Of a stretch of 64,000 nucleotides of DNA, positions 50,972-60,505 are shown piece by piece. The first letter of the stretch is position 1; each line of letters starts with the position of its first letter. This stretch comes from Bacteroidia bacterium (lineage in GTDB: Bacteria > Bacteroidota > Bacteroidia > Bacteroidales > VadinHA17): positions 7,878-71,877 of the forward strand of contig JAPLED010000123.1 of NCBI GenBank assembly GCA_026391475.1. The letters run 5' to 3'. The translations under genes were made by a program, and so were the position numbers. Under the pieces are notes generated by a model. That model had not been told where the DNA came from. It did not search any database and was given only the letters and a program-made list of their open reading frames with translations.

Positions 50972-52597
50972 ATGAAAAATATATTTAGAATTTCATCCCT
51001 AATCATATTAATCCTATCAATCATTTTTATTCATTCCTGTAAGAAAGATAAGCCTACACTCCCTGTTATTTCAACAACAGCTATCACTGCAAATTCTTAT
51101 ACTACTGCTACTTCCGGAGGAGAGGTTACAAATGAAGGAGGAGCTTCTGTAACCGCAAGAGGAGTTTGCTGGAGCACAAGCAAAAACCCAACAATTGTCG
51201 ACAGCAAATCAGCAGATGGTACAGGAATAGGAATATTTACAAGCGTAATAACCGGATTAACACCTGGTACCACATATTATGTAAGATCGTATGCGACTAA
51301 CAGCTTAGGTACATCGTACGGTGCACAGGTTAGTTTTACCACATTAAGCCTACCTGCTAATACCACTTCTATTTTTAAACAATTGTTTGTTGGAAATAGA
51401 AATAATAATCAATCTAGTGGGTCTTGGTGGGGTGAGAATGTAACAAAAGTTGCTTATAGAGATAATAAAGCTTTTACTTTTGTTTTTGATAAAGATTTAT
51501 CACCAAAAACCGCATTTTTATACGAAAAAACAGATAATAATGATTGGATAGAAGGTCAATCTTTTATATTCTCAAGGTCTCCTAATATAATTATAGATTT
51601 AAATGGATACGTACATGTAATTGGATTTGAACCTTTTAATTATGCAACAGATCCTTTTTCAGGTAGAATTATAGATGTCAAATTTAAAAACCCTAATACG
51701 GTTTTAGGAGATTATATAAAATCCTATTTAACAGAAGATTATAGATCTGTTGGAAAAAGTCTTTCTACTTTTTCATCAATATGGTGTGGCGCTGCTATAG
51801 GTAGAAATGGTAACATATTAGTAGCATATACAAATTCTTTACTAGAGGATAATCCAAATAATCATAGTATTGGCGCAAGAATATATGATGGTAATATATG
51901 GACTTATGAGACTGTTGCATCAGGTTTGGTCTCTCGATTTGCATATCCATTTGCTTTTGTTTCTGATTCGTATTATCATGTTTATGCGATTGAAGATGAT
52001 TATGATACATATTATAATACAGCAGGATTGCCGTATAATACATATTGTTTTCGTTACGGAATGGTAAAGCATTTTCAAAGACCAATTATTGGAGGCCCAT
52101 GGACTGAAACAACCTTATTAGATTTTAATACAATAAAATCAAAAAAAGAGATATGGGATGCTTCACTGCGTATCGTTGATTTTCATGTAGATTATAGCGG
52201 AACTATCCATGCATTATTGAGATATAATACTGACTCAAAACCAATGTGTTACCATTACTGGAAAAAAGAAAGTGATTCTTCATGGAATAATGAGATTATT
52301 CTTGAATCAGAATCAAAAATGACAGGATTACACTGGGCAAAAATATGGGAACGTAATGACCATAAATTATTCTACATATTATATTTTTGGGGTGGGCAGA
52401 TTAGTCTATCTCCATTAAATACGAGTTCTTTATATACAATATCAGAATTGGAAGGAGATTATAAATATGATCCTACACCTTTTATATCAAGCTTTAGAAG
52501 CGGTACTCAATTAGGTACCAATCTCTATATAGTTGTTTACCCTGGTTCTAATGAAATTAAAGCTATATCTCTGGATATAATTACTTCTGGTTTATAA
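50972..52597 (+). CDS. Lipoprotein with N-terminal FN3-like module and an uncharacterised low-GC C-terminal domain (possibly beta-propeller)
   Basis: Lipobox IHSC-KK; TATSGGEVTNEGGASVTARGVCWST...YYVRSYATNSLGTSYG; the rest is aromatic/beta-rich and not recognised. Confidence 0.8.
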   Translation: MKNIFRISSLIILILSIIFIHSCKKDKPTLPVISTTAITANSYTTATSGGEVTNEGGASVTARGVCWSTSKNPTIVDSKSADGTGIGIFTSVITGLTPGTTYYVRSYATNSLGTSYGAQVSFTTLSLPANTTSIFKQLFVGNRNNNQSSGSWWGENVTKVAYRDNKAFTFVFDKDLSPKTAFLYEKTDNNDWIEGQSFIFSRSPNIIIDLNGYVHVIGFEPFNYATDPFSGRIIDVKFKNPNTVLGDYIKSYLTEDYRSVGKSLSTFSSIWCGAAIGRNGNILVAYTNSLLEDNPNNHSIGARIYDGNIWTYETVASGLVSRFAYPFAFVSDSYYHVYAIEDDYDTYYNTAGLPYNTYCFRYGMVKHFQRPIIGGPWTETTLLDFNTIKSKKEIWDASLRIVDFHVDYSGTIHALLRYNTDSKPMCYHYWKKESDSSWNNEIILESESKMTGLHWAKIWERNDHKLFYILYFWGGQISLSPLNTSSLYTISELEGDYKYDPTPFISSFRSGTQLGTNLYIVVYPGSNEIKAISLDIITSGL

Positions 52598-52669
52598 TTT
52601 TTCAAAAATTTATTTTATTTCTAAGCGGTCAACTCCAACTAAAATAGCATAACCACCGCCCTCGGGAAT

Positions 52670-52763
52670 ACCCCCAAAAATAGTTGTCCCAATAAATAAA
52701 ATCAGTTTAGTCGAATCTTCTTGTTTTCTGATGAAAGGGAGACAGAATATTAGTCATGCAATA
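52670..52763. repeat. ~95-bp direct repeat, copy 2
   Basis: ACCCCCAAAAATAGTTGTCCCAATAAATAAAATCAGTTTAGTCGAATCT...GGGAGACAGAATATTAGTCATGCA. Confidence 0.9.
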
Positions 52764-52770
52764 GAAGATA

Positions 52771-52997
52771 TTTGTTGGGGGTGTCCACTAAAGCCCACAA
52801 GACATATTTATTTACCAAAGATATAGAAAAACAGGAAGATATAAAAAAGCCCAACAATGTTAAAACTGGTGTCTATGTTGAAGTCGGGAATGAAGCAGGG
52901 ATTTTGTGGGCGGTGTCCACCATAGCCCGAAGAAGCTTTAGCGACACTTAATCCTTATTAAAAATCAAACCCTCCTATGCTAAAGCTTCGGAGGGCG
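52771..52997. repeat. Cluster of REP-like imperfect palindromes downstream of the tRNA
   Basis: TTGTTGGGGGTGTCCACTAAAGCCCACAA (52772) resembles TTGTGGGCGGTGTCCACCATAGCCCGAA (52904); GAAGCTTTAGC and GCTAAAGCTTC form an inverted pair; hairpin CCCTCC...GGAGGG at 52970-52995. Confidence 0.55.
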
Positions 52998-53001
52998 AAG
53001 G

Positions 53002-53076
53002 TGGGCCCAGCTGGGCTCGAACCAGCGACCCCCTGATTATGAGTCAGGTGCTACTAACCAGCTGAGCTATGGGCCC
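53002..53076 (-). tRNA. tRNA with CAT anticodon, most likely tRNA-Ile2 (lysidine-modified) rather than Met
   Basis: GGGCCCATAGCTCAGCTGGTTAGTAGCACCTGACTCATAATCAGGGGGTCGCTGGTTCGAGCCCAGCTGGGCCCA folds as a cloverleaf with anticodon loop CTCATAA; CCA not fully encoded. Confidence 0.93.
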
Positions 53077-53153
53077 TACGTAAAAACGGATTGCAATATT
53101 AGGTATTTGCAAGTAATTATGCAAGAACCTGATAAAAAGAAAAAAATTCTAAC

Positions 53154-53750
53154 TTATTTCTTTAGATATTCCATCAACACATTTACTGCCTCATCCATAT
53201 CATTGCCAAACGTGAGGATCCCCGCTCTGTCGCCTGCCATAATAATGATCCTTTTCTCATAAACATCTGAATCTTTAAAAAGCCTCAAAATATCCTTTGC
53301 CAGGCCAATTGTTCCGTAATCCATTGCCGGATTGGTAGTGGGGACTTTATAGATGAGCTCATTCCAGAGTTCTATGCTGTGAACATGAATAACTGCATTT
53401 GCACCGGGGTCAGCTGAATATATTGCAGCATGGGTTAAAGATTCTGATGAGGCTTTCAGCGGGCCTACACACTGAACGGCATTATCTTCAATATTAAAGG
53501 AATTGACCTTAACATAATGACCAGGCTCAAGTTCAGGAATCTCTCCTGTTGCAGAAGCAGTAATTACAAACTGGTTGCCACCGATGATCCTCATGCTTAT
53601 GTTTCCAAAGCCAACGCCATTCTCATAGGCTCCAATCAGGTCCATGTTATACAGAATTTCCCTCCAGTAATTAATTATTTCATACTGTTCGTCAGAGATG
53701 ACGGGCCCCGACTGGTTCCAGTGACAATTGAATTTAACGACCCCTTGCAT
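53154..53750 (-). CDS. Class II aldolase/adducin family protein
   Basis: GFGNISMR, ASSESLTHAAIY and AVIHVH motifs. Confidence 0.85.
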   Translation of the reverse strand: MQGVVKFNCHWNQSGPVISDEQYEIINYWREILYNMDLIGAYENGVGFGNISMRIIGGNQFVITASATGEIPELEPGHYVKVNSFNIEDNAVQCVGPLKASSESLTHAAIYSADPGANAVIHVHSIELWNELIYKVPTTNPAMDYGTIGLAKDILRLFKDSDVYEKRIIIMAGDRAGILTFGNDMDEAVNVLMEYLKK

Positions 53751-54052
53751 ATTTAGTTGAATTTATCTGAAAATATTTCTTTAATATTCTTTTCTGTAGC
53801 CCTGCATATTCCCTTTTCGATTGATTGTCAATCTTCTTTTTTAAAAGTTCTTCCCGGCCCCAGATTAATTAATCATCAAAAATACAAAATATTAAAGGAT
53901 ATTTTATCGTAAGAAGATATGCAGGACAATATGGGTTCAAACATTGAAATTACATTTTTCGAATTGTAGACCAGATTATTCGAAGATTTTGATTTTTTTT
54001 TAAATGTATTATCTTTGTAAAGAAGAAGAAAGAATTCAACATAACGGAGTAT

Positions 54053-54634
54053 ATGGTTAACAAAGAGGAGTTTAGAAGGAAAGTTATCGTTTCAGCAGGA
54101 CAGATATTCAGCCGTTACGGGTTTAAGAAGACCACAATGGATGAGATTGCTAAAGCTCTGAAGATGGGTAAAAGCTCCATTTATTACTATTTTGAAAGTA
54201 AGGAAGAGATTTTTAAAGCAGTTGTCCTCCACGAAGCTAATATACTTAGAAATGAGCTTACTACAGCCATTAAATCGGTCGAATCGCCTATTGATAAAAT
54301 GAGAAACTATGTTTTTGTAAGGATGAAATCGTTCGAAAAACTTTCGAATTATTATAATGCCATCTTTGATAAAAACCTCGATCATTTTGATTTTATCGAG
54401 ACTATCCGTGAAAAATATGACCGGGAGGAGCTTGCTATTCTCCGGCTTATTCTTTATCATGGAGCGAGGAAAAACATCTTTAATGTAGCGAATAGTGAAT
54501 ACACTGCACTTGCAATTCAGACAACTCTTAAAGGACTTGAGGTCCCTCTTTTCTGGAAGAAGAAAGAGGTCAATATTGAGAACAGGCTTAATGCTATTCT
54601 CGATGTCCTGTTCAACGGGATAGTAAAAAAATAG
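54053..54634 (+). CDS. TetR/AcrR family transcriptional regulator
   Basis: FSRYGFKKTTMDEIAKAL.MGKSSIYYYFESKEEI. Confidence 0.92.
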   Translation: MVNKEEFRRKVIVSAGQIFSRYGFKKTTMDEIAKALKMGKSSIYYYFESKEEIFKAVVLHEANILRNELTTAIKSVESPIDKMRNYVFVRMKSFEKLSNYYNAIFDKNLDHFDFIETIREKYDREELAILRLILYHGARKNIFNVANSEYTALAIQTTLKGLEVPLFWKKKEVNIENRLNAILDVLFNGIVKK

Positions 54635-54637
54635 GTG

Positions 54638-55444
54638 TTATCGTTTGATTACAGCTCGGTTTTTTTTGGTAAGACTCCAATACAATCCACCGATACCCAT
54701 TAATATAAAAGGGATACTTAACCATTGTCCCATGTTGATTTTCATCGTTGCCTCAAAGGCAACCTGATCCTCTTTCAGGAATTCAATGAAGAAGCGGGCA
54801 GTAAAGACAAGTATGCACAATAAGCTTATAAGTAACCCCTGAATATGTTCTCCCTTTTTCGACCAGTACAATCTGTAAAGCAGTATAAAGATGGCCAGAT
54901 AGGCCAATGCTTCATATATTTGTGTAGGGTGTTTCGGAGCAACCTGGTTGTCCCTTAAGAAAACAAATCCCCATGGAACAGTTGTCTCAACACCGTAAAT
55001 TTCGGAATTCATAAGATTCCCCATCCTTATAAAAAAGCCGGAAAGTGCTACTACAATTGCTATACGGTCGAGTACCCAGAAATAATCTTTCTTTTCTTTT
55101 CTGGTGAAGAGCCAGATAGCAATCAGGATACCAATTGCTGCTCCATGGCTGGCAAGACCACCGCGCCATATCATTAAAATCTCAAGCGGGTGCTGAAGAT
55201 AATAACCCGGTTGATAGAAAAGGCAATGGCCGAGCCGGGCTCCTGCAATAACTCCAACGGCCATATAAATTGTAAGACGGTCAAGAACAGCCTCTCCCAG
55301 ATTTTCATTTTTGAAAATCCTATTCATAATTATATACCCGAATAAAAAAGAGGAAGCAAACAACAGACCATACCATCTCACTGCAAAAGCGCCAATCCGG
55401 AATATTTCCGGATTCACATCCCAGGGAATGATAAGTAAATGCAT
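54638..55444 (-). CDS. lgt: Prolipoprotein diacylglyceryl transferase
   Basis: RWYGL, GARLGH, GGLASHG, RMGNLMNSE, HPTQIYE and MGQWLS motifs. Confidence 0.96.
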   Translation of the reverse strand: MHLLIIPWDVNPEIFRIGAFAVRWYGLLFASSFLFGYIIMNRIFKNENLGEAVLDRLTIYMAVGVIAGARLGHCLFYQPGYYLQHPLEILMIWRGGLASHGAAIGILIAIWLFTRKEKKDYFWVLDRIAIVVALSGFFIRMGNLMNSEIYGVETTVPWGFVFLRDNQVAPKHPTQIYEALAYLAIFILLYRLYWSKKGEHIQGLLISLLCILVFTARFFIEFLKEDQVAFEATMKINMGQWLSIPFILMGIGGLYWSLTKKNRAVIKR

Positions 55445-55589
55445 AATTAACAGGTTAACATAATCGCCAAAGGTAGAAAATATTATTATTGATTATAACC
55501 AAAAACACCCGATTACAGAAAGGGTTTTAGTTTAATAACGAAATGAATCTTTAAAAAATGATGTAAGTTTGTAATTCATAAGTAACCGG

Positions 55590-57500
55590 ATGAATTTTAT
55601 GAACAGGAGGATACTTTCCCGTTTTTTTCTTATAGCAGCACTCTTTATTCTGATCGGCGCTTGTGCAAAAATCAGCTCCCCTTCAGGCGGTCTCAGGGAT
55701 AAACTCCCCCCGGTTGTAATTAAAAGCATTCCGGTTAACGGTGCAAAAAACTACATGGGCAAAAGCCTCGCAATTACATTTGACGAATATGTGGTTCTCG
55801 ATAATATAAACGAAAAATTTATGGTTTCGCCTCCTATGAAAAAGAAACCAAAGGTCTTCATTAAAGGGAAAAGCGTTATTGCTGAGTTTGAAGATGAGCT
55901 GAAAGACAGCACTACATATACTTTTTATTTCCAGGATGCAATCAAAGATCTTAATGAAGGAAACATACTTGAAAATTTTCAGTTTGTTTTTTCAACAGGC
56001 CCGGTAATTGATTCTCTTTCTGTTATGGGGAATGTTTGTAGTTCTTTTAATCTTGAAATCCCGGAAAAAACTCTGGCACTTTTGTACAGAGAACTGGCTG
56101 ATACTGCTGTCGTTAAGCATCTTCCCGATTATATTTCAAGAGTAGATCAGAACGGCTATTTCCGCATTGATAATGTCCGCGCAGGAAAGTACAGACTCTA
56201 TGCACTTAAGGATGTTGATAACAGCAAAAATTATAATCTTACAGAGGAAGAGTTTGCTTTCATGAATTCCCCTGTTGTAATTACACCGGAAAAGAATTTC
56301 ATTCCTGTAGTTAAAGATACAACAACAGTAAAAAAGGGAGTAAGTAAAGTACCTGCACCTGCAGTTATAAAAAAGACAGTAAGTAAAGTATCCGAACCTG
56401 TAGTTGTAAAAGGTGAATTTCAGCTTATACTTTTTGCAGCCAGGAAGAAAGATTACTATCTTACATCATCAGACAGAAACCTTAAATACCAGATGATCTA
56501 TACACTCTCTTTACCCCCCGATAGTTTGAGATTTGAGTTTTCAATACCCGGAACGAGCAATGACGCATATCTTACAGAAAGGAGCAGAAATAAAGACACT
56601 TTAAAAATATGGCTGACAGACAGTACCCTTTACTCGCAGTCGCAGATAACAACCATTGTTAAATATCCCTTTACCGACACTCTCGGGATACAGGGTTACA
56701 AAGAAGATACAATCCTGATGAGATTCCTAACGCCGCGAGCACCGAGAGTAGCAAAAATCAAAAAACCGGTATTTACAGTTGAAACAAATATCAGTTCCGG
56801 CTTTTTGAAACCAGGACAAATAATTGTTTTAAAATCTCAAACACCTTTCAGAGAACCGGATACATCACGCATCCGTCTTTACGAAATAATAAATGCAAAC
56901 AGGAAAAAAATCCCATACAGCTTAATTAAAGACAGTACAAATTCCTGCCGGTATTTTTTAAATGCAGGTCTTATACCGGAGAAGAAATATCTTTATATTG
57001 CTGATTCAGAATCCTTTGGTAATATTTATAATGAATTTTCTGACTCTATTGGGATAAAATTCTCAGTCAGAGATCCGGCTTCTTACAACAAGCTGACTTT
57101 AGATATCCGTGACTCAACCGGGATAAGATTCTCTGTCAGAGATCCGGATTCCTACAACAAGCTGACTTTAGATATCCGTAATTATGAAGGAGACCGGATA
57201 ATCCAGTTGCTTGACCATACGGAAAAACTGGTCAGTGAAGCATATATGAAAAAGGATGGGAAGGTGGTATTTCCGCTTCTTGAGAGTGGCTTTTACCGTG
57301 TACGGATAATATACGATCTGAACGGTGACGGGGAATGGACCACAGGTGATTTTGAGTCAGGGCGGCAACCGGAGCCGGTCTCATATTATTTTCAGGAGCT
57401 GGAGATAAAAACAGGCTGGGATATAAATAATGAATGGAATATAAAAGCATTAAATTTTAAAGATCAGAAATTGAGGGAGAAAAAGAAAACAAGAGAATAA
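55590..57500 (+). CDS. Ig-like (Big_5) domain lipoprotein
   Basis: Lipobox IGAC-A, PSGG.RD..PP, FDEYV, AIKDLNEGN, FSTG, DLNGDGEWTTG and RQPEP motifs. Confidence 0.82.
   Translation: MNFMNRRILSRFFLIAALFILIGACAKISSPSGGLRDKLPPVVIKSIPVNGAKNYMGKSLAITFDEYVVLDNINEKFMVSPPMKKKPKVFIKGKSVIAEFEDELKDSTTYTFYFQDAIKDLNEGNILENFQFVFSTGPVIDSLSVMGNVCSSFNLEIPEKTLALLYRELADTAVVKHLPDYISRVDQNGYFRIDNVRAGKYRLYALKDVDNSKNYNLTEEEFAFMNSPVVITPEKNFIPVVKDTTTVKKGVSKVPAPAVIKKTVSKVSEPVVVKGEFQLILFAARKKDYYLTSSDRNLKYQMIYTLSLPPDSLRFEFSIPGTSNDAYLTERSRNKDTLKIWLTDSTLYSQSQITTIVKYPFTDTLGIQGYKEDTILMRFLTPRAPRVAKIKKPVFTVETNISSGFLKPGQIIVLKSQTPFREPDTSRIRLYEIINANRKKIPYSLIKDSTNSCRYFLNAGLIPEKKYLYIADSESFGNIYNEFSDSIGIKFSVRDPASYNKLTLDIRDSTGIRFSVRDPDSYNKLTLDIRNYEGDRIIQLLDHTEKLVSEAYMKKDGKVVFPLLESGFYRVRIIYDLNGDGEWTTGDFESGRQPEPVSYYFQELEIKTGWDINNEWNIKALNFKDQKLREKKKTRE
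56328..56405 (+). repeat. Intragenic 39-bp x2 tandem duplication
   Basis: Encodes VKKGVSKVPAPAV / IKKTVSKVSEPVV. Confidence 0.8.
57042..57179 (+). repeat. Intragenic 69-bp x2 tandem duplication
   Basis: Encodes DSIGIKFSVRDPASYNKLTLDIR / DSTGIRFSVRDPDSYNKLTLDIR. Confidence 0.92.
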
Positions 57501-57555
57501 ACTGAAAAACTGGCATTTAATCAAACAGATATAAATAACTAATACGTTTTCGAAA

Positions 57556-58512
57556 ATGAAGGAAGTTGTAGCAGGTATTGACATCGGAGGAACCAATACT
57601 GTATTCGGGTTGGTTGACAAAACAGGCAATATTTTAGCCGAAAACAGGCTAATGACGACTGATTATCCCAAGATTAAAAATTTTGTGTCAGCACTGGCAG
57701 CAGCCATAAATAAGCTGATGGAAGGGAAGTCCAATCTGAAACTGGTGGGTATCGGTATCGGGGCTCCTAATGCTAATTATCATAAAGGGACAATTGAGCT
57801 TGCTCCAAACCTGGCCTGGAAAGGCATTGTTCCGCTTGCTGAATATATCAGGAAAAAGATTGATGTTCCGGTTATTGTTACAAATGATGCAAATGCTGCT
57901 GCAATGGGAGAAATGATCTTCGGCGGAGCAAAAAAAATGAAGGATTTCATAATTCTGACCCTCGGGACAGGTCTTGGCAGCGGGATCGTTATTAACGGAG
58001 AAGTTGTTTATGGGCACACCGGGTTTGCCGGGGAGTTGGGGCATACAATAGTTGTTCCGGGAGGAAGAGATTGCGGATGTGGCCGCCAGGGTTGTTATGA
58101 AACCTATGCATCTGCCTCCGGTCTCGTACGTACTGTCCTTTATATGTTAAGTGAAATGAGGGAAGAGAGTTCATTAAGAGATATTCCCCCCTCGGAATTA
58201 ACCGCCAAAAAAATTGCCGAAGCAGCGGCTAAAAATGATCTGATAGCTGTTGAAGCGTTGGATTATACTGCGGAAATTCTGGCATTCGGAATAGTCAACG
58301 CGATAGAATTCTCAAGCCCCGAAGCTGTCTTTTTATTCGGGGGACTGGCACAGGCAGGAGAAATGCTTTTCATCCCGACAAGAAAATATGTCGATCAGAA
58401 TGTTCAACCAATTTTTAAAGGAACTGTTAAGATATTGCCTTCCGGTGTTCCTGAAAGCAATGCTGCCGTTTTAGGTGCTGCAGCACTTGCATGGAATGAG
58501 TTGACGAAGTAG
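57556..58512 (+). CDS. ROK family sugar kinase
   Basis: GIDIGGT, NDANAAA, TLGTGLGSG and GELGH...CGCGRQGCYE motifs. Confidence 0.92.
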   Translation: MKEVVAGIDIGGTNTVFGLVDKTGNILAENRLMTTDYPKIKNFVSALAAAINKLMEGKSNLKLVGIGIGAPNANYHKGTIELAPNLAWKGIVPLAEYIRKKIDVPVIVTNDANAAAMGEMIFGGAKKMKDFIILTLGTGLGSGIVINGEVVYGHTGFAGELGHTIVVPGGRDCGCGRQGCYETYASASGLVRTVLYMLSEMREESSLRDIPPSELTAKKIAEAAAKNDLIAVEALDYTAEILAFGIVNAIEFSSPEAVFLFGGLAQAGEMLFIPTRKYVDQNVQPIFKGTVKILPSGVPESNAAVLGAAALAWNELTK

Positions 58513-58602
58513 TATTTTTTTAGTGAAGTATTGTTTATGTATTGAATAAAAAATTGTTGTAAATTTGGTTCTTTAAGTTCCGAAGTAATACGAATTTATG
58601 AT

Positions 58603-59256
58603 ATGAAAGTCGCAGAGGTTAAAAAAACAGAACTTAAATCTGCTTATCCCGGACTGAAAGAAATTTCAGCCATGATGGATGAACAGAATGAAAAGCTCCT
58701 GATAGATACAATTAACTGGAAGGGTTACAATTATAAACCGGAAGTTGCATTTTCGATTGCATATAGCGATCATGAAATTTTTCTGAAGTACTACATTACC
58801 GAGAATTATTTCAAAGCTGAAAAAACGGAGACAAACCAGATGGTTTGCGAAGACTCATGTGTTGAATTTTTTGTTTCACCTGAAGATGACGGGATATATT
58901 ATAATCTGGAATTCAATGGTATCGGTACCTGCCTGCTGGGCACGGGAACCGGCCGGGCAAACAGTACCCGTGCCAATCCTGAAATCATTTCAAAAATAAG
59001 GAGGCTGACATCTGCCGGCGAAAAACCGGTCAAAGAGAAAGTGAGTGAGTTTGGATGGACGATAACCATTGCCATTCCTTTTGAGGTGTTTTTCCAGCAT
59101 AAAGTAAAAGAACTGAAAGGAAAAACATTCAGAGCAAATTTTTACAAGTGCGGCGACAAGCTTACAGTTCCTCATTACGTTACATGGAACCCGGTTGGCA
59201 CTGAAAAGCCGGATTATCATCAGCCAAAATACTTTGGTTTACTTAAGTTTATTTAA
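58603..59256 (+). CDS. Carbohydrate-binding family 9-like protein
   Basis: EDSCVEFF, YYNLEFN, ANFYKCGD and PDYHQP.YFG motifs. Confidence 0.8.
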   Translation: MKVAEVKKTELKSAYPGLKEISAMMDEQNEKLLIDTINWKGYNYKPEVAFSIAYSDHEIFLKYYITENYFKAEKTETNQMVCEDSCVEFFVSPEDDGIYYNLEFNGIGTCLLGTGTGRANSTRANPEIISKIRRLTSAGEKPVKEKVSEFGWTITIAIPFEVFFQHKVKELKGKTFRANFYKCGDKLTVPHYVTWNPVGTEKPDYHQPKYFGLLKFI

Positions 59257-59285
59257 GGTATAAAATCAGAAAATAATCAACTAAA

Positions 59286-60494
59286 ATGCTTAAAGGCAAT
59301 GCACTCATAGGGCAATCAGGCGGGCCAACGTCTGTGATTAATTCTAGTCTTGCAGGAGTTATAGAAACAGCTTTATCTTCATCCTTCGTTAAGAATATTT
59401 ACGGGATGCATTTTGGTATTGAAGGGTTCATACAGGAATGGCTGTATGATCTTGGTAAGCAGCCCCGGAAAATCATTGAAGGATTGCGTCACACACCTTC
59501 TTCTGCTTTGGGATCATCCCGTCACAAGGTTCAGGAGAAAGATCTTTCCCTTATCCTTGATGTGTTGAGGAAATATAAAATAAGGTATTTCTTCCTGATA
59601 GGAGGAAATGATACAATGGACACGATTCACCGGGTTGAGACATATTGCAGGAATGAAAAATATGAACTTACCGGTATCGGAATTCCTAAAACGGTTGACA
59701 ATGATCTTTTCGGCACTGACCATACCCCCGGTTTTGCTTCCGCAGCAAGGTCAAATATCCTGAATGTCATGCAGGCCGGGATACTTGCCCGTGATATGCA
59801 GAAAGTTGACAGGTTTGTTATTTATCAGACTATTGGCAGAGATGCCGGCTGGCTGGCTGCTGCAACAGCATTAGCCGGGAAAAGAGAAGAAGATGCTCCT
59901 CATCTGATTTATGCCCCCGAGTTTCATTTTAGCCGCGAGAAATTTTTAAAAGAAGTTGATACCTGCATTAAAGCCAATGGTTGGGTTTCTGTTGTTTGCG
60001 GCGAAGGGTTAAAATATTCTGACGGAACTCCGGTAAGCTCTGCCAGAACTAAAGATAAGTTTAATAATACTGAATTTGGTGCAATGGGCGGCGCCAGTGT
60101 AGCCATCAGCCTTCACCGGATGATAACTGAAGAGTTCGGATACAGGGGTGAGTTTCAAATCACCGAATCGTTGATAATGAGTGACTTCGTGAGATCGTCA
60201 CCTGTCGATCATGATGAAGCATATGGTTGCGGAGTTGAAGCTGTGAAATTGGCAGAGAGAGGAGAATCGGGAGTCATGGTAAGTATTAAAAGAATTTCAA
60301 ACAAACCTTATACAATCGAATTTGGAAAAATACCGCTGAAAGAAGTTGCTGTTTCGGCAAAACCGATGCCGGAAGAGTTTTTTAATTCTGAAGGTAATCA
60401 TGTTTCACCCTTATTTATTGATTATATGAAACCCCTTGCAGGAGAACTCCCGGAGTTTGTAAGTCTTGAAAAAATATTTGCAAAAAGAGATTAA
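59286..60494 (+). CDS. Pyrophosphate-dependent phosphofructokinase family protein
   Basis: QSGGPTSVIN, GGNDT (Asp at the donor-specificity position), PKTVDND and GRDAGWL motifs. Confidence 0.88.
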   Translation: MLKGNALIGQSGGPTSVINSSLAGVIETALSSSFVKNIYGMHFGIEGFIQEWLYDLGKQPRKIIEGLRHTPSSALGSSRHKVQEKDLSLILDVLRKYKIRYFFLIGGNDTMDTIHRVETYCRNEKYELTGIGIPKTVDNDLFGTDHTPGFASAARSNILNVMQAGILARDMQKVDRFVIYQTIGRDAGWLAAATALAGKREEDAPHLIYAPEFHFSREKFLKEVDTCIKANGWVSVVCGEGLKYSDGTPVSSARTKDKFNNTEFGAMGGASVAISLHRMITEEFGYRGEFQITESLIMSDFVRSSPVDHDEAYGCGVEAVKLAERGESGVMVSIKRISNKPYTIEFGKIPLKEVAVSAKPMPEEFFNSEGNHVSPLFIDYMKPLAGELPEFVSLEKIFAKRD

Positions 60495-60505
60495 TATATT
60501 TAGCC

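Noticed and set aside
52647-52665. GCATAAC after the second lipoprotein gene as an integron attC inverse core
   Set aside because: No matching GTTRRRY end or attC-like stem follows, and no integron integrase is present
47655-53001. Classical integrase-driven genomic island with att duplication of the tRNA 3' end
   Set aside because: No integrase and no second copy of the tRNA 3' end found by eye
50479-53001. DGR template repeat or reverse transcriptase near the target gene
   Set aside because: No AAC-rich copy of the VR and no RT-like ORF seen anywhere in the window, so a complete DGR is not claimed
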